34,987 nt of DNA from positions 62,001-96,987 of the forward strand of contig JADIIX010000087.1 of NCBI GenBank assembly GCA_027604505.1, given 5' to 3'. The first letter of the stretch is position 1, and each line of letters opens with the position of its first letter. Shown one piece after another: positions 13,356 through 28,442 of this stretch. The position numbers and the translations under genes are program-made. The notes below the pieces were generated by a model. It made no database searches. It saw nothing but the letters and a program-made list of their open reading frames with translations, and was not told where the DNA came from. Source of the stretch: Gonapodya sp. JEL0774 (Eukaryota).

Positions 13356-14593
13356 ATGACCGACGTCTGGGCAGACGACGACGACCCGGCCGACTCCCAT
13401 CACCCCGACACCACACACGCACATGGCCCGATCGAGCGATACGCTTTGGGTCGCGATTGGGAGAAACTCAGGGAGCAGCACGTTGCGGTGGGTTGGATGA
13501 ATTTTTGTCTCGTCTTCACCCCGAGTTGGCACCCCCGGCAAGAGGTACCAGCGGCGGCCTGGGTTTTGGTTTTCGGTGGTTCGACATGACATGATGATGA
13601 TGATGTTGTTGTTTTTGCTATCGTTGCGTGCTTCCCTTGTGCGGGTGTGCACGTGCTGGATCCACGACATCCGGCGAACCCGCCCACCCAGGCTGGATAC
13701 AGGGACGCGATTGAGGTGGGTAAAGAGCACACATTGCAGGCGGGGTTCAACGTGGGTTACGAAGAGGCGATTCGGGTGGCATTCGAGATCGGAAAGATGC
13801 AAGGGGTGATAAAGTGAGTGCAGGCAAAGGCGGTTCAAGAGGGTGATGCACGCGGGTCCTGGTTTGATACGGGTGGATGAGGTGGTGAAAGGATATTGTG
13901 GTGAGGTGTGTGTGATGGAGGGGAAGTGGTCCACGGTACTGCGATCGACAACAGTCGTGATCACTGGACAAGTTTGAGTGGTGGAATGTCATGAATGTGG
14001 TGTCCGTGGGTGCGACACCGTCTCAGTACCAGGACCGTGAGAGGATGTAAACGGTGATGCGTGTGCGTGGCAGGGCAACACATGACAGGACCTTTGGGAC
14101 ACTGCGTGTGTGGGAGTTGGTTTGTGCCGGTGAACAGTCGGACAAGTTTGGGGCACGAGCCTCTAGAGCTGTCACGAACGGCAGAGTTGTGCGACCAATG
14201 GTGGTGTTATATTTGTATATTCTCTAACCGTCTCACGCAATCTCTTGTGGTCAAAGAACCCTCTCCACGTTCCTCTCCCAAGAGCACCCTTCCCTCCTCC
14301 CCCTGGCACCAGAGATATCCTCCTTATCCGCCACCCTCGCCTCACTCACCACCTTTGACGCACTCAGTGGAGCACCGACGGGACAGATGGGTGGCGAGAC
14401 TGCGGAGAACGTCGAGGCTGCCGTGGGCATCACACAGGGTGGGGCTGCGGACCCCCACGAACGAGTCGAGGAGACTTTATCTCGGCAGAGGGAAGCGGCG
14501 GTGGCGAGGGTGGAGGAGTTGAAGGAACGGGCGGGGAAGGTGGTGGGGAGCTTGGGGTGGGACAAGGAGGTGGTACTGGGAGGTGTGAATTGA
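13356..14593 (+). CDS. YAE1: Yae1-family protein (Yae1-Lto1 Fe-S targeting adaptor for Rli1)
   Basis: Exons 13356-13487, 13692-13813 and about 14257-14593; D.W...DD N-terminus, DWEKLREQH and Gx3 repeat GYRDAIEVGKEHTLQAGFNVGYEEAIRVAFEIGKMQG. Confidence 0.8.
13591..13605. repeat. (ATG)5 microsatellite in YAE1 intron 1
   Basis: atgatgatgatgatg followed by ttgttg. Confidence 0.7.
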
Positions 14594-14773
14594 TGCTGTG
14601 GGTTGACAGAGGGCACAGATCATGAGTGGACTATGTTACATTTGTATATAGCGTCACAAGGTTTATTTCATTCATTTCAGTCAAAGAGGGAACTCCCCAG
14701 ATTCGGAAACCCCGATTCACGGTGGGGGAGAACTACTCCTTGCATCTTAGTTTTCCCAAGAGCTCCACCTGCA

Positions 14774-15380
14774 ATGTCAACGACAAACCTGCCAATCGTG
14801 GATCCACCGAACCCACCTTCCCAACCTTCTCCAACCATATCACATCTGCTCCCCTCCGTCACGCCCCCTGTCATCACGCCTGCGAAACCAAAACGCAAGA
14901 TGAAACCCAAACCCCCCAAAGACCCGGACTTGCCAAAGAAGCCCACGTCTGCCTTCTTGTACTTCTGTATGGAGCAGAGGTAGGCAACTGCGAACTCTTT
15001 GGGCTCTTCGCCCTGCCTTCTACCTCGCTGCTGTTCCTTCCAGTGATTACTCGAGGGTCTAAAGGATATAAACCCACGTAGGTCCCTCGGAACCTCTAAA
15101 ATCGAGGTTGTGAGCGAACTGTGGAAGACTGCTCGGGAGGATCAGAAGCAGGTTTGTCCAGACATGAGACAACTTAGTACGCAAAGGAACTCAGCCCGAT
15201 GTTCTCACGGGGCACGATTCAACTCCTGCTTTTCTGCAGAAGTTCATGGCACAAGCACAAGCAGATAAAGACCGCTATGACACGCAATTGAAGAGATACC
15301 AATTGAAGCAGAGTGCGTGGTTGTTGTTCTCGCGGAAGTCGTCTGTCCCTCCTCTCGAGTCTCAAATTTCATCAAACTGA
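14774..15380 (+). CDS. Small single HMG-box protein (HMGB/Nhp6/Nhp10-like)
   Basis: KDPDLPKKPTSAFLYFC | SKIEVVSELWKTAREDQKQ | KFMAQAQADKDRYDTQLKRY, with introns 14980-15081 and 15152-15239; 3' end uncertain (stop at 15380, or 15491 if intron 15313-15444 is used). Confidence 0.8.
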
Positions 15381-15750
15381 CAATTCCATATTGGGTTTCT
15401 TTTATAAATACTAACAAATCATGATCATCGTCGAAAACAAACAGAAATGAGGTCCCTTTATCCCGGGTCGAACTATGTACAGCTCAATTAGAATAAGTGC
15501 GTGCATTGCCAATTTGCTCAGGGCTTCCTTTGCTTCCAAATATAAATGTCGATACCTTCCGTTCGCTTTGTTGCATTTTGAGGGTATGTACGTGGTGCTC
15601 GTTCCATCCAAATTGTCCGAGAAGGCCAATTGTTGCCAATCCTGTGGCGCAAACCGACCGCCCTTGGCATTGCGCTCCTGTCTGCTGCCACCACCGTTCT
15701 CATTGCATCCTTGTCTCACTGGCGCACGAATCTGTGATTCGTATCCCCTC

Positions 15751-18363
<2,613 letters not shown>

Positions 18364-18460
18364 CCTTGCTGGGGCGAATATCAGAAGAATCCAAGCCAGG
18401 AAGTGGACTGCTGTTCGCCGGCAGCTGAGTTTGTGGGTGGCACACCATCACAAGGATGTA
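18364..18460. promoter_or_regulatory. 97-bp divergent spacer (probable bidirectional promoter) between SNF1 and the PDK1-like kinase
   Basis: Start codons at 18363 (-) and 18461 (+). Confidence 0.55.
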
Positions 18461-19624
18461 ATGACATCCAAAGAATTGAAAACGAATCCACCGCCAGAAG
18501 AGATTGATCCTTTTCGAAAACGAACAGCGAGTGATTTTACGGTGAGTGAGGATAAATAGGTGGATGTCTCTGTTCAACTTGCTCATGTGAAACCTCGGCA
18601 GTTTGGCGAGCCCATTGGCGACGGATCGTACTCGACAGTAGTACATGCTGTGGAAAAGGATTCGGGTCGAGAGTTTGCAATTAAGATTCTTGATAAGCGT
18701 CATATCCTCAAAAACGACAAGGTTAAATATGTTCACGTCGAGAAGGATGTGTTAAATCTCTTGAATGGCCACCAATTCGTGGTCAGACTCTACTACACTT
18801 TTCAGGATCAGTCATCTCTATACTTCGTGCTGGACTACGCAAAGAATGGTGACATGTTGGAGCTCATCAGGAAGTACGGCAGCTTCGACATACCCACAAC
18901 ACGTTTCTTCGTCGCGGAAGTGATTGTAGCTCTTGAGTATATACATGGACGAAATGTCATTCATCGGGACTTGAAGCCTGAGAATATCTTGGTTGGGGAG
19001 GACATGCACATTATGCTCACCGACTTTGGCACCGCCAAGGTCTTAAACGTGCCCGAAGGACCATCGGATAGCGGAACTGAGAAAAATGATAAGAAGAAGG
19101 CAAATTCTTTCGTTGGCACTGGTGAGTCTCGACTATTCTGATTCGCCCACAATGATGTCAACTCCGAACTCTCAATTGCAGCCGAATACGTCTCCCCTGA
19201 GCTTCTTAGTGACAAATTGGCGTCCAAGGCATCCGACTTTTGGGCACTGGGCGCGCTTACATATCAAATGCTGTGTGGGCGACCTCCCTTTCAAGGAAAG
19301 ACGGATTACATGATCTTCCAAAAGATTATAAATATGGAATATTCTTTCCCTGATGATTTCCCTCTCATTGCCAAGGACTTGGTGTCCCGTCTCCTCAAGC
19401 CGGATCCGGATGCTCGTTTGGGTGTGGACTCCCCAGAGGGTGGAGGCTTCCAAGCACTGCAGGCACACCCATTTTTTGAAGGTATTGATTGGCAGAACTT
19501 GGGGAAGGAAACTCCACCAACTATTCGAACGGGATTGGTGCCTCCCACCAAGGCGAAGACATTGGACGCAACGCCATTTATAGATAGATTGAATGAGATG
19601 ATTGATGATCGCGGCCGATTTTAG
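18461..19624 (+). CDS. PDK1/Pkh/Ksg1-family protein kinase, about 347 aa, kinase domain only
   Basis: Exons 18461-18541, 18602-19121 and 19182-19624: RKRTASDF.FGEPIGDGSYSTV, AIKILDKRHI..KVKYV..EK, LYYTFQD..SLYFVL, ANSFVGTAEYVSPELL, SDFWALG. Confidence 0.92.
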
Positions 19625-19904
19625 GCTAAGGTTTCAATAAGGCTGTCCATTATGTAACCGTTGAAATCGAGATTGATCCCAGATTTCGATTTTCTTTGGT
19701 TTGAAGTATCGCCTTGTGCGGTTGGGTGACCGGGCCTGTGCACTTGAGTAGGCCGCCAACTGAATCGGCCTTCATCCCGCATCGCCATTCGATTTTCCAT
19801 CGATCGGATCTATCTTCGCCGGCGCTGTGACTTTTGGCGACTTTATCTTCGTTTTGTCCTGTTCTCGAGGAGTAGCGCGATTCACCTTCAGAGATTCGTC
19901 AATT

Positions 19905-22900
19905 ATGCGGATAGATGAACTCATCATCGAGGGCTTCAAGTCCTACGCAACGAGGACTGTTATTTCCGGCTGGGACCCCGAGTTTAATGCCATCACGGGA
20001 CTCAACGGGTCCGGAAAGTCCAACATTCTGGACGCCATCTGTTTCGTCCTAGGGATCAGCAATCTCAGTGCGGTGGGCCTAGAAAATAATTTTTATCCGC
20101 GAAAATCAGAAATCTGATCTTGTGCTGCTCGTGGCTTCCGTCGCCGCCAGGTTCGTGCCCAGAGTCTTCAGGACCTGGTGTACAAGCGAGGTCAGGCGGG
20201 GATTTCGAAAGCATCGGTCACGATTGTATTCAATAACGCAGACAGAGACAAAAGTCCGATTGGTTATGAGAATTGCAAGGAGATTACTGTCACACGGCAG
20301 GTGAGTCTGTCTCGGTATTGGTCGTGAATCCTACTCCACACATCTTTTCTCGGCCGCGCAGGTCATCATTGGAGGACGGAATAAGTGGCTTGTCAATGGC
20401 CATAATGCAATACAGCAAAACGTTCAGAATCTGTTCCAGTCAGTACAACTCAATGTCAATAACCCTCATTTCCTCATCATGCAAGGACGAATCACCAAAG
20501 TCCTCAACATGAAACCACCGGAGATTCTCGCTATGATAGAAGAGGCAGCTGGGACGAGGATGTATGAGGAGAAAAAGAAGAAGGCTTTGGATACCATCGA
20601 GAAGAAAGACAAGAAGCTCGACGAAATCATCAAAGTATGTGCCTTCCGGAACTTTCACTGTAAAGTGGTACAGGGCAGGTCAATCGACCATTCTTGCAGA
20701 TTCTTGATGAGGAAATTACGCCGAAGCTGAACAAACTGAGAGAGGAAAAGAAAAAGTTCATCGAGTTCCAGAAGGTGAACACCGAACTCGATCATGTGAA
20801 ACAACTGGTCGTTGCCTACGACTATAAGCGTCACGAGGTAATTGCTTGTTGTGAAGCGAAATGGATCGAAACTGAACTGCTTTGCTTCCACTCCTAGGAC
20901 ATTCTGAGTCGCTCCGATACCGATCTCCAGGAAAGGCGCGATCGTGTCTCGCAGCTTCAGGAAAATGGCAACGAGTTGAAGCGCACCATCGTAGAACTTG
21001 AAAAGCGCGTGCAAGAGATTCAAAAAAAGCGACAGAAGGTGAGAGTAATTGCATTCTTTGCGGTTTCGTGCTGCCCATGCACAATCGATTTACTCCCGAA
21101 TGATTAGAACGGAGGGAAGTTTCAAGAAATAGACACGCGCTTAAAGGGGTTTCAAAAAGAGCTTGTTCGCCTCACAACACAGTTGGAACTCAAGGAGGTC
21201 ACTGTGCGGGACGAAGAGAAACAACGTGACAATATCGTTGCACAGCGGGAGGAGGTGCGGAACTTTCTGTTCGAGCCAATCAACGCATCTGCTATCTTAC
21301 TAGCCTGACATTTTGATTAAGGCTATTGCGACTCTAGCACAATCTCGACTACGCGTGGAGAAGATGGAGATTGAGTTCGCCAACGCCAACTCTGGACATG
21401 AGGAGAAAGCCGAGAGCCTTCGCAAGATGGAGGAGCTCTTACAAACCCTTTCGACTGGTCTTTCGGCAAAGGAGGGCCATCAGAATGGTTACATGGACCA
21501 AATTGCCGGTGCGTGATCTCGTCATGCGGTGGAGGTGGCATCGTTGAACAACATTGCTGAAAACCGCTTGTCCACCATAGCTGCAAAGAGTGCTGGTATA
21601 GCCGCACTCACGGAAATTGAGCAGTGCAAGTTGCGTATCAAGCACTTGCAGAAGGAGCTAAAGGAGCTAGAACCAAAGGCGAAGAAGGCGGAGAAAGACA
21701 ACCAGAAGCTCATCGATAGTCTTCAGTCATCGCGAACTGCAGCAGCGAAGATTCAGTCGGACATCGAACATGCCAATTTTGATCCCAAGCGAGAGATTGA
21801 CCTGTTGCGAAAGAAGTCGATACAGCAGGACGTTGTCAACAATATTCAGGAGATGGTGGAGCAGCTCCAAACTGAACTAGGACGCTACGATTTTCGTTAT
21901 GAAGATCCCTGCCCCAACTTTGATCGATCCCAAGTTAAAGGAATCGTCGCGGAGCTTGTGACGATCCTGGAAAAGTACCGAGAGGCCGGAGATGCTCTTG
22001 AAGTCGGCGCTGGTGGACGTCTATACAATGTGCGGTTACCCTTGTACCTCATTGCTGACTTTCCTACGCACTGATACTGCCTTGATTTTCCACAGGTTGT
22101 TGTGGAAACTGAATCCGTTGCTAAGCAGCTTCTCAGTAAAGGTCAGCTAAAACGCCGCGTCACCATTATTCCTCTCAACAAAATTCAAGCGAGTAAAATT
22201 TCGCCGGAGGTAAGCGGGAATTTCAACTGCCACCCCTCACATCCTGCTGATCACATCACTACTATTTAAGCAACTAAAAGCCGCGAAGAAAATCGGTGGG
22301 GACGATGTGAATGTCGCAGTGAATCTCATTGGCTTCGACGAAGAAGTACAGACTGCGATGGAGTTTGTTTTCGGAAAAGTACTCATCTGCAAAGGTACAG
22401 TGTTGACAGTGTAGTTTCCCGGAAATTCCTCCCGTCCCACGTAAGCTGCATGTCATTAGATGGTGAGATGGCAAAGAACATCGCCTACCATCCTCAGGTC
22501 AAGATTCGCACGGTAACCCTGGAAGGCGACGAATATGATCCGTCGGGTACACTCCGTGGTGGCACGAAGCCAAGCAGTGGCGGAGTGATTCAAAAAATGC
22601 AGAAGTTGCGTGAACTATCCCAGCAACTCCAGGAGCAAAAGCAAATCTTAGGGACGATCTCAAAAGAGATCGAGCAGTACCAAAAGGCGGCTCACAAATA
22701 CCAGGCACTCAGGCAGCAACTCGAATTAAAACAACACGAGGTCCGTCTCGCGGAAGAGCAAATTAACTCGAATGCGAACGCACAGGTGATGCAACAGGTC
22801 GAGACAGCGCGGAAGGCGATTGAGGAAGCGGAGGGGGGGATTGAGAGCGCAACGAAAGCCAAGATTAATTCGGAGGCTGAAGTTCAGCGGCTTGAGTCGG

Positions 22901-24794
22901 AGATGGCCGAGTTTTCCGGGAACAAGGAGCAAAAGCTTAAGTCACTAGAGGTATGAGAGTTAACCGCGTTTGTACAAATCTCGAATGGCCGATCTTAATC
23001 CTTTCTTTTCTTTCAATTTTTGGATGTTGTATGCAGGTGGACATAAAGAAAGCCAAAGCCTCCATCGCTAAAAGCAGCATTGACTTTAAAAAGAGGCACG
23101 CAGAAATACAGTTAGCGAAAGCTGAGCTGGGTGAGCACTCGCTTGGAACGTTCCTGAGAAAAGGTTCACTCATTTCTGCGATTCTAGAACAAGCTGACAA
23201 GGAAATTGATGTACTGAAACAGCAAATCGCGAATGCTGACATCGTTGTGACCAAAGCAAAAGAGGAATATGTCACCTTGGCTGAGGAGACGGCGGAGATG
23301 AAGGTGAGCAATAGGTGCACCGGAAATGTGCCCCGGTGAACTCTTGCCCTACACTTTCCACCTTTCAGGCGACCGTCAACGCTGCCCAATCTGAACTAGA
23401 TGCCGAGTCTCGCCGTCTTGCTGTGTTTGATGATGAGTCCAGAGGTTTCGAGGCTGAACGAAAAAGATCAGAAAACGAGCTGGAGAACACGCAGCTGGAA
23501 TTACAGAAAGCTTCCCATGAGCTGCAACATTTTATGAATGACCAAGAGGTGGCGAAGGCTAGAGTCCAAGAAATGCTGAAGGAGCACCCTTGGATCAGAG
23601 ACCAGAGACAGTGGGTGTTTCTCAGTTTGCCGTAGAGTCTTAATTTGCTGAGTCGTGTTCGTTTCACCACAACTCGTTTAGGTACTTTGGTCTGGCTGAC
23701 TCCCAGTACGATTTTGATAAGTACAACATCGGAGAAAGTAAAAAGAAGCTGAAGCAGCTTGAAGAAAAGCACGAGAATTTGAGAAAAAAGACTGACATGA
23801 AAGTTATGGACACCATCGACCGGTAAATCGACAAAGAGGGGGGGTTATATTGATGTTGTGGTTCGCTTATCGATGCTCCTCTGAACCGCAGCTATGAGAA
23901 GAAGGAAACTAGCCTCAACCAAATGCTTAACACAGTGAAGAAAGACAAGAAGAAAATTCAGCAAACTATCGAGGAGCTTGACAAGCATAAACGACAGGCA
24001 CTCGACAAGACTTGGAAGACGGTGAACAGGTGAATTTGGCGAAATAATTGCATGCTATGTTGCCAATTTGCTGTGGACTTGCCTCTGAATACCTGCTGGT
24101 GATATGTCACAGCGACTTTGGCTCCATCTTTGCGGATCTTCTGCCTGGCAACACTGCCAAGCTGGAGCCACCCGAGGGGCAGAGCGTTAACGATGGACTG
24201 GAGGTGAAGGTGTGCCTGGGTGGTGTATGGAAACAGAGTCTGACGGAGCTCAGTGGTGGTCAACGGTGAGACGAACATTTGTTCTCGCACGTCGCACATT
24301 CAGAGCGATTCCCTTACCTGCTCTGTTCCCACGTTGATTCTCGTATTGAGATCGCTTATTGCCCTCTCGCTGATCCTCTCGCTGTTGCGGTATAAGCCTG
24401 CGCCAATGTATATTTTGGACGAAGTCGACGCCGCCCTGGATCTCTCACATACCCAAAATATCGGACAGATGCTGCGAACACGCTTCACTGGGTCACAGTT
24501 CATTGTGGTGTCATTGAAGGAGGGTATGTTTAACAACGCCAACGTGTTGTTCCGGGCACGCTTCCGGGACGGAGTGTCGACTGTGGATGTGAGTTTCACA
24601 CTTCTAGCGCAGATGATTTAGAACCTTCGATTTCTAACGGCGTTGTGCTCGTGGTCTGAAAGCGTATCGCCGAACGAGGGTCTCGACGAACCGAGGACAA
24701 GGAGAATGCAGAGCCTGCACAGGCCAAGGGTAAGCAAAAGGCGCGGACGGCAGAGCAAGTCGGCGAGCGAAAACGACAACATTTAGAAGCGTGA
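19905..24794 (+). CDS. SMC2: Condensin subunit SMC2, about 18 introns
   Basis: [59 protein letters not shown], hinge [55 protein letters not shown]. Confidence 0.97.
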
Positions 24795-25102
24795 GGTGAA
24801 TTGGGGTCAGTTGAATGCGTATTACATGCTTGTTGTGGACATTATTGCGCAGAGCACCTTTCACGGCTACGGCTCCTGTACAGATAAATTTGCTTTGTAT
24901 CCTTTGTTATGACGTCTGTTAAAGAGACGGGTAATACAGTAGCTAATGAGTTTTGGTGGGGTCCCTTTGAGTGGACATTTCGCCGGCTTGGATCAAATCC
25001 CAACAACGCGAAGTTTAGCCGAGGCTACAACCACACACATATAAAAAGCAGCTGCTTCGAATTGTAACGTTCGCAACCTGATTTGCTGTGATCGTTGTTA
25101 GG

Positions 25103-26562
25103 ATGACTTTCGCATGGTGAGCATTGTTTCTTTTTGCGCAGTCCTCGCGGATTGATTGCAGTGTCGCTGTCAATCTTCGTGAATTATGGGATGTTCCAAC
25201 TTTCGTGGGCCATCTCCTTTCGTTTTCGTTGTTTCCCTGCATAACGCTCCATCAAACGCAGGAAGGCAGACGTTGATGCCCTCTCCAAACGAATAGATGT
25301 CCTCACAGCAATGGTGCTCGAGGTATGCCGAACGAGCTGTGGGTTGCGTTAAGGCAGTGGATTCCTCTCTCATCTTTGTCTTTCCCCTTGCACCTTCCCC
25401 ACACCAGCGCCAAAAAGCCCACCGTGCTAACCTTGGTCCCTCACCCAATTCCGATCCTGCAATTGTGACGGAGCTCGCCAACATTCGTACCGCCGTAGAG
25501 ACTCTGGAGGTTCGCTTGTCGGCTGCAGAAGTTTCCGGAGTGGTGGGGGAGCAACAAATCGCAAAGTTTGAGGACGCGATAGTTCTGCTAATGAAGCGAG
25601 TTGGGAGAGTGGAAGCTGTGGTTGGAGGAGATGCCGCGGTTGGAGGCGGGAGAGTAAGTGGAGGCTCATCAGTGCTCGGGACGAATGGTTCAGGTCGGGC
25701 GAACAATAATGAAGCTGGGAGGTCTGGGCAGACAACGGGTCGCCGGATGGGGAACACTGGTGGCACCGTGAGTTGTGCAAATTGATATCGTCGATTTCTT
25801 TTGGCATGTATGGCATGTTTCCCATGCATTCTCTTCACAAAAACGCCATCCATCGGCTCGTAGTCCAATCCTTTGCGGGATAAATTCCGCGACGAAACAG
25901 CATCACCTCGTGACGCTTATGCCCATCTCCATGATCACGCATTGCTTGGTGCACAGCAGCAGATTATGTTGGGTGAGTTCTGTTTGGGGCGGGCAGAGAC
26001 CCTGGTTGTGAGTTGAAAACACTGTTTGACTCGGAACACGATGTGATGTTTTTGGCGAGCGTTCGACATCTTGATTTCAATATCTCCATGCATTTCGCAG
26101 TGGTGATGTCAACATTTATTCATGTGACTCTCTCGTCCTCTGTCGCCTTCCCATCCCGTCATCACCGCCCAATTCATCCCCGCTAACCCCGTTTACCAGA
26201 GCAAGACGAATCTCTCGATGTCCTCTCTGAAACTATCGAGCGTCAACGACAAATTGGTCTGCAAATAACAGACGAACTCGACCTGCACGCGCAGTTGCTC
26301 GAGGACACAGAGGATGCTGTTGATAGAACAAGTGGGAGGTTAGCAGGCGCCAGGAAGCGACTTGAATGGGTGCTAAGGGAGGGGCGTACGAGTGGTGAGT
26401 AAGCAGAAGAGTTTAATGGGTGACAGTGAGCGAATTCGGGGAACTAATGATCCTGTTGTGCGCAATGGTTGGAATTTCTCGCTGGTAGCGGGATTCACGG
26501 GAGTTATCGTGATTGTCATTCTCATACTTATAATACTGATTGTTCTCAAGCTTTCTCGTTGA
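25103..26562 (+). CDS. SYN8: Qc-SNARE, syntaxin-8-like (Syn8)
   Basis: N-terminal LERQKAHRANLGPSPNSD; SNARE motif EQDESLDVLSETIERQRQIGLQITDELDLHAQLLED; C-terminal TM VIVIVILILIILIVL; first exon (25103-25116) is uncertain. Confidence 0.8.
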
Positions 26563-26673
26563 TTGTGAAGTTGTTCTTTGTCGTTTAATGTAAATAATAC
26601 GTATACGTGAAAGGGTGACAGAGAGGGATGTGACGTGTGTTCAGACTGAAGGCCAACAACAAAGTGCACATAA

Positions 26674-28298
26674 ATGTCTCAACCAGTGGAGGCCGCATCC
26701 ATTCTGGAATATGAAGGACGAGGCTGGGTGCGTTTTTTGGGGAGCACATCCTTACTAGTAGTGATGCTCAAAGCGGCCTTGATAACAACTAGGAAGATGA
26801 TGATGAGACTTTGCGGGAAGAAGGGCCAGCCCGAACCACGGGCCCCTCCCCTGGTCAACGTATGCTGTCTGCGCTGAGTGGAGCACTCCTTACGTCGTTA
26901 GTTGGTGAGTTTTTGCCCAGAATGGTGGCTCGTTTGAGTTATCGATCCCAATTCACGAATCGTCTTTCCCTTGTCGTGGGTTCTCAGTCACCCCCTTTGA
27001 CGTTGTTAAGACGAGACTACAATCTGGCGCTAACGTTGCGGGTGCTAGTGGAGCTTCTATACGGGTACCGTATGAACCCATCACAGAGTGCTGTCGGGAG
27101 GTGTTCATGGGGATTCACGACCGGATCGAGTGCTCCCATTCGGCATCTATTCGTTATGTTCCCTCTCGTTCAAGAGTATCTCCGCAGATTTTAGTAGCGG
27201 GACAGAACGTGGCTGTCGATTGTGCACTAGAGGCAGGTGTAGCTACGACAGGGGAAACACTCATCAACGGGACCTGGGATGGCATGGTGAAAATTGCAAG
27301 ATACGAAGGGTTATCCAGTTTGTGGTCTGGGCTTTCCCCCACATTGTGAGTGATGGTCTGCGCCTAGCTTTACGTTTCCAGTCGCAGGTCCTCTTACTCG
27401 GAGTTTGTCATTAGAGTGATGCAGGTGCCAGCCACTGTCGTTTACTACGTTGGATATGAATCACTGCGAGATGAAATAAACCGGCGCTTCCATGGCTTCC
27501 CGGACGTTGTATTTTATGCACCTCTTCTTGCAGGCACTACTGCACGGAGTAAGTGTGTTTTCCCGCGGATGATTGCGTCCAAACAGGATAAATTAAAATC
27601 TACGCAAACAGCCATCGCAGCTTTTGCAGTCTCGCCAATGGAGCTGATCCGGACACGGATGCAGTCGCTCAGTGGGCCGGAAAAGCAACTCCGCAGTGAG
27701 TGATCACATCACTTTCGCGACACTATTCATACTTGGTGACCACAAATGTACACCAAGGTGTCATGTTTGGAGTTCGAGCAATGATAGAGACTCACGGACT
27801 TGGTAGTTTATGGAAAGGGATGGCTGCGACTTTGTGGCGAGACGTTCCATTCTCTGGGATTTATTGGTCCGGATACGAGACAATGAAGGACCGATTGGCA
27901 CGACGATATCCAAATTGGAACGATACAGCGCTCGGCTTCTACAGCATTTCTTTCCTCTCCGGAGCAATGTCTGGCATGGTCGCAGCTACTGTCACGACCC
28001 CTTTCGACGTGGCGAAAACTCGAAAGCAGATTTCAAACTCTCAGGGCGATCATATGAAAATGCTTAGCTTAATGAGGGCCATTGTACGGAACGAGGGATG
28101 GCGAGGGTTGACAATGGGGATGACGGCGCGCGTTGCAAAAGTTGCACCTGCCTGCGCAATTATGATCTCAAGTGAGTTCAGCTAGGTGAATTCTTTCTGG
28201 TATAATTTTAGATTATCTGATACCTCATATGCTTCTTTGAAGGCTACGAAGCCGGAAAATACTACTTTTCACAACAGAACAAGCATAGTTCCGCATAA
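26674..28298 (+). CDS. MTM1: Mitochondrial carrier of the Mtm1/SLC25A39-40 subfamily
   Basis: Three carrier repeats (VTPFDVVKTRLQ, SPMELIRTRMQ, TTPFDVAKTRKQ), EGLSSLWSGLSPTL, TLWRDVPFSGIYW, AKVAPACAIMISSYE and the CCREVF loop. Confidence 0.9.
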
Positions 28299-28442
28299 GC
28301 ACGACACTGATGATACCTTCACACCATGCATTCATTTTAGCATCTTTTATTGGGCATGTATAGATCTAGATCTTTAAGTTTTGGGGCATATACCATATGC
28401 TTGATGTACGTCTATGAAATCCCTTTTTTGCACTCTACGCCA

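Noticed and set aside
14774..15380. HMG gene near an RNA helicase as a Mucorales-type sex locus
   Set aside because: KDPxxPKKPxSAF is HMGB/Nhp6-type, not MATA_HMG; there is no triose-phosphate transporter, and HAS1 is several genes away
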